The position numbers were made by a program, and so were the translations under genes. From Ruminococcus albus 7 = DSM 20455 (lineage in GTDB: Bacteria; Bacillota; Clostridia; Oscillospirales; Ruminococcaceae), in the NCBI RefSeq assembly GCF_000179635.2, contig NC_014825.1, positions 120,001 through 152,000 on the forward strand: 32,000 nucleotides of DNA. Direction: 5' to 3'. Each line of letters begins with the position of its first letter. Position 1 is the stretch's first letter. The notes beneath the pieces are model-generated. The model was given only the letters and a program-made list of their open reading frames with translations, did no database searches and had not been told where the DNA came from. Shown here one piece after another: positions 21,591 through 29,700 of this stretch.

Positions 21591-22535
21591 ATGGAAAATA
21601 AAGAAACGACCAATATGACATTTCGGGAACTGTTTGATAGATGGCACAAGGAACGAAGCGAATCGGTGACAGAGACCACAAGCAAGGTGTATCGTTCTTA
21701 CCTCAACAAATACATTCCCGATGATTTAAAGAATCGTTCGGTGAACAGCATCGACTTTGACGAATGGAAAAGTATAAAAAATGAAATGCTGAACGGCAAA
21801 GCTCCGAACGGTTCAAAGGTGGTGTCAAGCACCGCAAGAATGGCTCTCGGAGTTTATCACGCGGTATTTATATACGGAAAAAGAAATTTTGGTCTGAAAA
21901 ACCCTGCTGACGGAGAATCGATAAATTACAGAGATATACGTTCAATTACCGTGTTTACCGAAAAAGAGGTAAGAAAGCTGCGAAAGGCGGTAAAGCCTTA
22001 CGACGTGGTTCACCTCGGCATAATGCTTTGCCTGTACACGGGAGCTGAAGTAAACGAGATCTGTGCTGTCAGGTGGGGAGACTTAGACCTAAAAAATAAT
22101 CTTTTGAAAATACGCGGAGTGGTAGAAAAAATCAATAAAAGGTCAAAAAAGGAAAAGAATAATCTCATAGTTGTTGAAATCACCGAAAAAAAGAACAGTC
22201 GAGAGCTGCCGATACCCACATGGATAGCCGAACAGCTGAAAATAATGGAGCCTATGCACGACGATGATGAGAACTTTCTCACCGGCGAAGAGGGATGCGC
22301 ATATCCTATGACTTTTCGAGGTCAATATGTGGCTTTCGTCAAAGCTGCCAGAGTGCAGAAACGATCCATAAGTGCTCTGCGCCACACCTTTGCAATGACC
22401 TGTGTTAAGAAAAATGTCGAGGTCGGGACGCTGAGCGAGATGCTCGGGCATAAAAAGGTCAGTGATACGCTCAGAATGTATTACAGAAAGCAGATGACGG
22501 ATAAACGTGAGATAGTCGAAAATTTGTACGAATAG
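21591..22535 (+). CDS. Tyrosine-recombinase-like protein, paralogue of 20670-21587, Arg-I substituted
   Basis: 314 aa. HLGIMLCLYTGAEVNEICAVRWGDLD has Arg to Glu, and SALRHTF has the first His changed to Ser. LGHKK and RMYYRK are retained. It starts 4 nt after the previous stop. Confidence 0.8.
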   Translation: MENKETTNMTFRELFDRWHKERSESVTETTSKVYRSYLNKYIPDDLKNRSVNSIDFDEWKSIKNEMLNGKAPNGSKVVSSTARMALGVYHAVFIYGKRNFGLKNPADGESINYRDIRSITVFTEKEVRKLRKAVKPYDVVHLGIMLCLYTGAEVNEICAVRWGDLDLKNNLLKIRGVVEKINKRSKKEKNNLIVVEITEKKNSRELPIPTWIAEQLKIMEPMHDDDENFLTGEEGCAYPMTFRGQYVAFVKAARVQKRSISALRHTFAMTCVKKNVEVGTLSEMLGHKKVSDTLRMYYRKQMTDKREIVENLYE

Positions 22536-22624
22536 TGCTTTCTGTGACAGTTTTGAGAAACGCTGATGAAAGGCTTGAAACAATACATTAGAACCGGTTG
22601 AAAACTTTCGGGAAGTGTGATATA

Positions 22625-23530
22625 ATGAATAAAGCAAAAACGCCGAATGAACAACCTGATAATTTGGTTTATCTCAAAGAAACTCCTGCTGAAAGAACTT
22701 TGTTCGGATTTCTTACGATACTTATTGGACTTGGTATCTTCGGCTGTGTGGCTATCACCTTGGTCGGTATCAGCAGGTCGGGAAATATGAGTTTCTTCGC
22801 CAGAATGAAAAATACGGTCAGGTCATGGAATTCCGACTACTATGATATTCGGACAGACGCACCCGAAAAGGATACTATTATAATAGGTACACCATTGAGA
22901 AAGACCACACCTGATGTGCGTAGGATAACCGCCGATCTTCATGAGGACAGCAGCTGCGGCAGTTTTATGCCCGGTTCTTACGGAATGGCAAAGGTGTACA
23001 TTATCCCTCACAATAAAAATGCCGAACTTACGGTTGACCTTAGCTTCAATGTTTACGGTTTAGTGAAAACGGCGGACGGTCAATACATAAGGATTGATGA
23101 ATTGGAAAATGATCTTCCCGAACAGGAGAAATGCAGCAAGGCTGATAAGCTGCTTAACGGTCACATTCTTTTCTTCATGGAGAAGGAGAACGGTTACAGC
23201 GGCTTGCTGAAAGACGGGAGAATGACATACAACACAGCGGAACATCAGGAAGACCTGAACGCTAATGGAGAATACGAGGTCACGGTCTACTGGGTATGGG
23301 CTGAATACTTTGAGCAGCTTTCAAGTATAAATGCAGAGGGAGCGGTCATCAAGGATGTTTCTGAATCGGAAACGGTAAAAGAATACATAAACAGCCGCCC
23401 TGATGAGTTCTTTCTAAAGGGAGCGGGAGAAAGTGTATCGGAGATGCTGAACGACCAGTACGATAACGCAGACCTGCTCATTCATCAAAACATCGACGGA
23501 TACGGTTTTGAGATAATAGCAAATAACTGA
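22625..23530 (+). CDS. N-terminally anchored/secreted protein, family A member 1 (uncharacterised)
   Basis: A TM segment LFGFLTILIGLGIFGCVAITLVGI is followed by MSFFARMK. It is paralogous to the next gene (GHILFF, VYWVWAEYF, YDNADL motifs). The start is uncertain: ATG at 22625, or the TTG at 22598 used by the track. Confidence 0.7.
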   Translation: MNKAKTPNEQPDNLVYLKETPAERTLFGFLTILIGLGIFGCVAITLVGISRSGNMSFFARMKNTVRSWNSDYYDIRTDAPEKDTIIIGTPLRKTTPDVRRITADLHEDSSCGSFMPGSYGMAKVYIIPHNKNAELTVDLSFNVYGLVKTADGQYIRIDELENDLPEQEKCSKADKLLNGHILFFMEKENGYSGLLKDGRMTYNTAEHQEDLNANGEYEVTVYWVWAEYFEQLSSINAEGAVIKDVSESETVKEYINSRPDEFFLKGAGESVSEMLNDQYDNADLLIHQNIDGYGFEIIANN

Positions 23531-23548
23531 CAGAAAGAGGTGGAGCAG

Positions 23549-24640
23549 ATGAAAGATAACAATGATCTTACAACCAGTAACAAAATTGAAATAGCGGAAT
23601 CTGCTTCAGCCCATGCCGAAGTTCGCTTGGAGGAAGTGCGCTCTGAATACCAAAAGCGCAAAATAAAGCTGATGAAGATCAGCTGTATGGTGATTATAGT
23701 CAGCATTGTCCTTGTTTTTGCAACTCGAAGCTGGTTTACCATGTCGAGAGAGGTTGAGGGAACTGGGGCTAATATGACGGCTAACGATTTGGTATTTGAA
23801 ATAAAAACTGTCGGCTCAGTTTCTCCGAATGGCAATATTCTCGAATCATTGGGTTATAAAGATGGAACTCCAATAACAAGCGGAGCTACTTCCGCAAATG
23901 TTGGTGATATTAAATGGTTGCTTCAAGCCGACGATGATATGGCAGACGCAGGATTAAGACCTGGTACAAATGGAAATTTGAATTTTGTAATTCAGCCTGT
24001 GAATAATGACAGTTCAAAAAATCTTTCAATAAACTATAAAATCGAACTAACAGCTTATAGACTTTCTGACGATATGAAAGCACAGATAGCTGACGAAACA
24101 CAAAAAAAGCTAAATGGTCAAAATTATACAATGCCAACTGTTACAATCGATGATCTTATTCAATTATCTGATAATACTACCGATACTAATTATTCAAAAG
24201 CTATTGACTACATAAAAGGGCATATACTATTCTTTAAAAATGCTGATAATTCTGGCAGGGTATATTTTGGAGAAACGCAAACAATAACATTTAATTCGTC
24301 GGAAAATAAAGAAATACCATTACACTGGGTTTGGCCCGATACTTTGGGAAATATGGTTTTAACTGGTAATAACATCATTAATGTTTGTGCTGGAGATGAA
24401 AAAGCCGACCTTATAAGCCATATCCAGAATAATCCGGCACTCTATTTTTATTCAAATGATTTGGACGATGATATGTTAGAAAATGGAAAGATTAAATCAA
24501 ATGTTTTAGGAGACGATATTTCAGACTATTATCCAACGCTCAATTTGGCGTATAATGATGCTGATCAAGAGATTGGAGTTAATATTCAGTATATTATGAT
24601 CGAACTGATAGTTGATGGCGATGTTGTGGGTGCTGAATAA
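23549..24640 (+). CDS. N-terminally anchored/secreted protein, family A member 2, TasA/camelysin-like N-terminus
   Basis: AAAGAGGTGG lies 5-6 nt before the ATG at 23549. The TM segment ISCMVIIVSIVLVFA is followed by TRSWFTMSREVEGTGANMTANDLVFEI. It shares the motifs GHILFF, LHWVWPDT and YNDADQEIG with the upstream gene. Confidence 0.75.
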   Translation: MKDNNDLTTSNKIEIAESASAHAEVRLEEVRSEYQKRKIKLMKISCMVIIVSIVLVFATRSWFTMSREVEGTGANMTANDLVFEIKTVGSVSPNGNILESLGYKDGTPITSGATSANVGDIKWLLQADDDMADAGLRPGTNGNLNFVIQPVNNDSSKNLSINYKIELTAYRLSDDMKAQIADETQKKLNGQNYTMPTVTIDDLIQLSDNTTDTNYSKAIDYIKGHILFFKNADNSGRVYFGETQTITFNSSENKEIPLHWVWPDTLGNMVLTGNNIINVCAGDEKADLISHIQNNPALYFYSNDLDDDMLENGKIKSNVLGDDISDYYPTLNLAYNDADQEIGVNIQYIMIELIVDGDVVGAE

Positions 24641-24661
24641 TACCAAAAAGGAGGCGGCGAA

Positions 24662-25534
24662 ATGATGAAGATTAAAATAATTAATACAATAAAATCTTAT
24701 TATGAGAAGCTGTCTAAAAAACGTAAAATTCAGTTACTTGTGTCGATTTTATTAACAGTAATGATTGGCATATCGATTCCGGTTTTAGCTTGGTTTTCAA
24801 AGCAACGGAAAATGGCTGTTTTAACCAATATTAATGCTCCGTATACACTATATCTTAGTGCTGGTAATCAGGAAAGTATAGTGTATTTGGATATGTCTTC
24901 TATAGACGTTGGAACCCCTGGCAACAGAGTTACAACGCACAAGGATTATGTGTTTAGTGTTCAAGGTTCTTGGGATATTAATGAATATTATTTGCAACTT
25001 GCTCATACTACTAATATTCCGTTTAAGTATTCTGTTTACAGAGTCAATAATGACGATATATATTCAGTTTCTGAATATGAAGATCTATCAGATGTATTAA
25101 AGGGAACATCAGTTTCATATACAACTCATAGTAATGGAGAGGGTACTAGTCCGCAAACCATTTATTATACATTTAGAGCAAATGAGAATTATACATATAA
25201 CGACGCAGATAAACAATATGGTAAAGTGATGGATGCTTCTAATTATGTTAATCACGCAGGAGATCAATTGGCAGTAAAGAATTCATCAAATACATATTAC
25301 AGTCAAACATATGATGAAACCAATACTACAAGAGTTCAGAAAAACGCTGTTCCTTTGTATATGCAAGCGGGTCCAATCAAGAAAAATGCCGAAACCCCTA
25401 ATGGGCAAGATTTTTGCGATTACTATGTTTTAAGAGTTGATTGGTCTGATGCTCCAAGTCTTAGAAATGAAAAAGAAACAGATGAGATTTATATTACGGT
25501 TGTTTCTCCATCCGTGGTTAGAACAAGCGACTGA
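24662..25534 (+). CDS. N-terminally anchored/secreted protein (uncharacterised)
   Basis: AGGAGG lies 7 nt before the ATG. The TM segment LLVSILLTVMIGISIPVLAWF is followed by SKQRKMAVLTNINAPYTLYLSAG. The protein is 290 aa and Asn/Tyr/Ser-rich. Confidence 0.75.
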   Translation: MMKIKIINTIKSYYEKLSKKRKIQLLVSILLTVMIGISIPVLAWFSKQRKMAVLTNINAPYTLYLSAGNQESIVYLDMSSIDVGTPGNRVTTHKDYVFSVQGSWDINEYYLQLAHTTNIPFKYSVYRVNNDDIYSVSEYEDLSDVLKGTSVSYTTHSNGEGTSPQTIYYTFRANENYTYNDADKQYGKVMDASNYVNHAGDQLAVKNSSNTYYSQTYDETNTTRVQKNAVPLYMQAGPIKKNAETPNGQDFCDYYVLRVDWSDAPSLRNEKETDEIYITVVSPSVVRTSD

Positions 25535-25574
25535 TTTACTATAATACAAGAGATTAGAAGGGAGGCAAGTGTAA

Positions 25575-26627
25575 ATGAAAAAACGAATCCTTAGATTTTT
25601 GAAGACATATTGGATAGTAATTTGGTTAGTATTGTCAGTGTTTGTGCTTGCTTCCATAACAACTTATGCTGCCTATGTTAGAACACAAAATGTTAAGCGC
25701 GTAATAAGCACGATGGGCGGAGCAGGCAATCGTTTTTCTTCCAATCGACTTGATGAACTTGAAACAGATAATGCTGCTCATGTATTTCGCTTAATTCCTG
25801 TTCCGGGTAACGTTCATGATGGTGGAATTGATAGAGCTTTGTCAATATGCAATTACCCTCAAGGATTTGAAGCGTCATATTATGAAACAACAATTTATTA
25901 TGATCTTAAAGTAGAATTGACAGATAATCAATCATTAGCTCCGGTTTTTGAAAATGAAGCTGCTGAGCTTTTGCGTTATTATGTTGAAGAAAGTGATGGA
26001 ACGAAACATTATTTTGAAAAAGACTCGGGAACAAATAGATTTTTTCTAACAATCGGTAATCAAGAATTGAAAGGCAAAAAAACCAGTACGAACACCTATA
26101 CGATTCATTTTCCTAATGTCAATACAGGAATATACATGGATTTCTTTGCAAAGCCCTTAATTCTTGATGGAAACCAAAAAAAATCTACTGATGATTTAAA
26201 ATCTCTCGGTGCAATTATAAGTGCAGTATCTGTAGATCAAAGTGAGGATACGAACTGGTCAGGAGCTTTAGTTGAACCTAGAGCTACCGGTAAAGCTGTT
26301 ACTGACTATGATGCTTTTAATTATGTTATTAGTGGAGCAGGAGCAGGAACAATAACATTGAAATGGAAAGCAGATATGTTGGAAATCAACACTCATTACA
26401 TGGATAATGAAGGCATATCTGCCGTAGTAGATGGTCCGGAAAATGGATATTATTCACTAAAATATAATGTTACAGCAAATCAAACTAAAAACAGATATTC
26501 ATTCCAAATGTATAAAAGCACTAATTCAAATTGGAGTAGTATAACTAATTTTTCTTCAATTGCAAATGATGATAATTCAAACGATCCTTTAATTATTTTT
26601 AACTTTACGGCTTCGACATCACCTTGA
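25575..26627 (+). CDS. N-terminally anchored/secreted protein (uncharacterised)
   Basis: GGGAGG lies 9 nt before the ATG. The TM segment YWIVIWLVLSVFVLASITTYAAY is followed by VRTQNVKRVISTMGG. The protein is 350 aa. Confidence 0.75.
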   Translation: MKKRILRFLKTYWIVIWLVLSVFVLASITTYAAYVRTQNVKRVISTMGGAGNRFSSNRLDELETDNAAHVFRLIPVPGNVHDGGIDRALSICNYPQGFEASYYETTIYYDLKVELTDNQSLAPVFENEAAELLRYYVEESDGTKHYFEKDSGTNRFFLTIGNQELKGKKTSTNTYTIHFPNVNTGIYMDFFAKPLILDGNQKKSTDDLKSLGAIISAVSVDQSEDTNWSGALVEPRATGKAVTDYDAFNYVISGAGAGTITLKWKADMLEINTHYMDNEGISAVVDGPENGYYSLKYNVTANQTKNRYSFQMYKSTNSNWSSITNFSSIANDDNSNDPLIIFNFTASTSP

Positions 26628-26703
26628 TATATTGAGTGTTTTAGATACGGCTGTAATAGGGCTAATACAACTTACAATTATGTGAAAGGAAGGCTCGAAT
26701 AAC

Positions 26704-29700
26704 ATGAAAAACAAATCGAATAATAAGAGACGCTCGAATTTGTTTAAGCGTGTAGTGTGCCTTGTTTTGTCAGCTGCAATTCTTATATCAGATTCGTATA
26801 TCTTAACTGTTTTAGATGACATTGGAATAAATTTGCTTCCTGTTGTATATGCTGAGGAAACGAGAAACATTAGTACTATTAGTGAGTTGGTTCAGTATTC
26901 TAAAGAATATGATGCTTCTCATGCGAAAGATACTCTTAATATTTCTATTGCTTCCAATGGAGTTGGAACATATCAAACCTCTGATACACAGTATTCTTAT
27001 GACGAATTCATTAGTATTGGCAATAGTTCATCTAATGCATTTGAGGGAACAGTCAATATAACGGTTTTGGCTAGTTCTTATTTCAATTTTTCAAAACCAT
27101 TATTTGGATATATTAAGGATAGTGCGCAAGTAACAGTTTCAGGTGGAAGCAGTAGTGGGTATTTGGAGTTGAGAAGACCGATGACCTCAAACCTTATGCC
27201 AATTTTCGCCGAAAATGTTATTCATGATACAGATACTACAAAATATGACCCTGCTGATGAAAGTCAATATACTAATTGGAGAATTAGGATCAATTATTTT
27301 CATGAAGAAGGCGAAGCTTCGGTTGTCACTAACTTTCCAAGTGTAATTGGTCGTATTGATGATAACAGCAAATTAAGTCTTGATATTTTAAATGATGCTC
27401 AATATACAAATAATGGAGAAGAATATAAAGCTGATATTCAAGCGACAGCTTCCGGTGTAAACGCAGGATTGATTTGTGGCACATTGGGGGAGAATGCCGA
27501 AATTAAGGTATCAGTTGGCGGTTCAAACACCAATTTTTCTGTCACATCCGCAAGTGGAAATGCTGGTGGTTTGATCGGTGAAATGGAATCTGGCTCCAGA
27601 GTAATTCTTGATGGTTCAAACATAACAGGAGGTTCTAATAGAACTATAACGGCTTCAAATGGTTATGCAGGTGGTTTAGTTGGAAAAGCCACCAATGCTT
27701 CCATAGTATTTGACAACGGTTTTAACGTTAATGAACACATTAATGGCAAAAACGGTGCCGGAAGTATTGCCGGTTATTATATTAGTGGAAGCGGAACAAC
27801 ATTTGATCTTGATAAAGCACAGATTAGCTGTACAGTAACCTCAGCAAATGCCGGAGGTCTTTTTGGTGTGCTTGAAACATCAGGTGATTTTTCTTTGGCT
27901 GGAGCTAAAGATGCTGAAACAGGTGATGATTCTTATTCAATTTCTACAACTGTAGCAAATCAACCCCAAAATGCAGTTTATGGAGGATTGATTGGTTTAT
28001 ATAAAACAAGCGCACTTGTTAACACACTTACTATTGGCGAAATAGCTTTAACGACAAATGGTACTGGCAATTGTGCGGGATTAGTTGGGAAAATTGATGA
28101 CTCCAATCCTGCTTATATTACGGTTAATGGCTCTTCGGTTACAAATAACATTAAAAGCTCATTTTGCGGTGTTGTAAACAATGCCGGAAATGCAGGTCAT
28201 TTTTTGGATATAGGCGATTTTACGCTATCAGGTTCGTCTCATTCCGGTCTTGTAGGTACTATGAATTGTGGTGTTATTAGACTTACTGGAACTACTGATC
28301 TTTCAGGTACTACCAGCTCTGATGCTCAGCTTGTCAACAAGAGAGGAAATACCCTAATTTATGGAGTAGGCGATGGCAGCACAAGCGGTTGGCTTTTCAA
28401 ACGAGGAACCGCTGCCGCTGTTGATGATATTGGAAATTGGGGCGAAGTTGTTCGCGTTGCAAGTGATGGTTCAGGAGATGTTTTTGAGTTTGATTCTTCT
28501 GCGCATACTGTAACTGTGGCATCTTCAACGACTTCAATTTCAACACCAGCTCAGTTTATTGCTACTGCTGTAAATATGCAGATCAATCAGGGAGATCGTG
28601 GTGCTTTACAATTTGCTCAGGACTCAAATGATGATACTAAAACTGTATCTGATACTCTTCTCAGCAGTTTAACCACTATTTCTATATCAGGAACGATTAA
28701 TCTCGCAGGTACGGGAGTAATGGGATTAATGCGCGACGATGGCAAAAAAACCACTTTTTCCGGTAATACTGCAACTGAAACTGATGTTGCTTTTTCCGGA
28801 ACTATAAATGGTGGTGGAATTGTTAATCTTGCAATTGGTGAACCTTATGGAATAAGAGGAACATCTGCATTAACTACTAACGGCGATGGTAATGGTAGAC
28901 TTCATGGTCATGCTAAAGTAGGTTTACTTTCTGTATCTGATGATGCAACTATTTCGAGTCTTACGATTGGAGGAACAATTGATACTAAGGCTAGCATTGA
29001 AATGTACTTAGGAGGATTTGTCGGTCAATCGAAAGGTGATCTTTCTTTGACAAGTGTCACCAACACAATTAGAATAGATGGTAGCTTCAGTTCGGATAAA
29101 AGCCAGTATATTGGTGGAATGATTGGTGAAGTTGAAGGTAATGGGTCAGTTATCTCAATAAGTGGAAGTAATAAATCTGTTATTTCTTTAAATGGGCATA
29201 AAACGACCTATGCATCAAATGGAATAGGTTTTGTTGAAGACAATACAGTTACTGTAAGTTTCAGTGATTATACTTTAGGAAATACCAGTTCTACAAGTTC
29301 AGCAAGTTTATCTAATACTTCTGGTGCAGATTACGCAAGATGTGGTGGAATGATAGGTGTTATCAACGGTTCCACAAAGAATAAAACTGTCAATTTTAAT
29401 GATGTATCGATTTCCTACTATGATTTGAATTTAACAGCAAGTGAGTGTGCAGGTGGAGTTCTTGGGTATAAATGGGATAATACAGAGGTTAATATTGGTA
29501 ATACCGGAACGACAGGAATAGTTGTTTCTTACGGAGATGTTGATCAGACAGCTGTTAGTGCTGCTGGTTTGGTACACACCGCAACGGGGCATTGGGCTGT
29601 ATCAAAATTAAAAATTAATAACACTGACTTTGGTTTAATTAACACTACTAATTATGGTGTCCTTGTAAATAAAGGAGATGGACTTTTTATGGAAATAAAG

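Noticed and set aside
19352-22535. RIT (recombinase-in-trio) element
   Set aside because: RIT elements have three co-directional, usually overlapping and catalytically intact tyrosine recombinases. Here one gene is divergent, the other two have substituted active-site residues, and no flanking RIT-type IRs were seen.
22598-22624. TTG start at 22598 for the first secreted-protein gene (track model MKTFGKCDIMNK...)
   Set aside because: That TTG is the -35 hexamer of a TTGAAA-N17-TATAAT promoter-like site and has no SD. The ATG at 22625, with GGGAAG 10 nt upstream, is more plausible, although the promoter/start conflict remains unresolved.
26843-27061. 72-aa plus-strand ORF, and the minus-strand ORFs at 27438-27623, 30291-30494, 30844-31138, 31135-31650 and 31773-31997
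   Set aside because: All lie inside the continuous 1765-codon frame of the giant gene, in other frames or on the other strand. They have no independent support.
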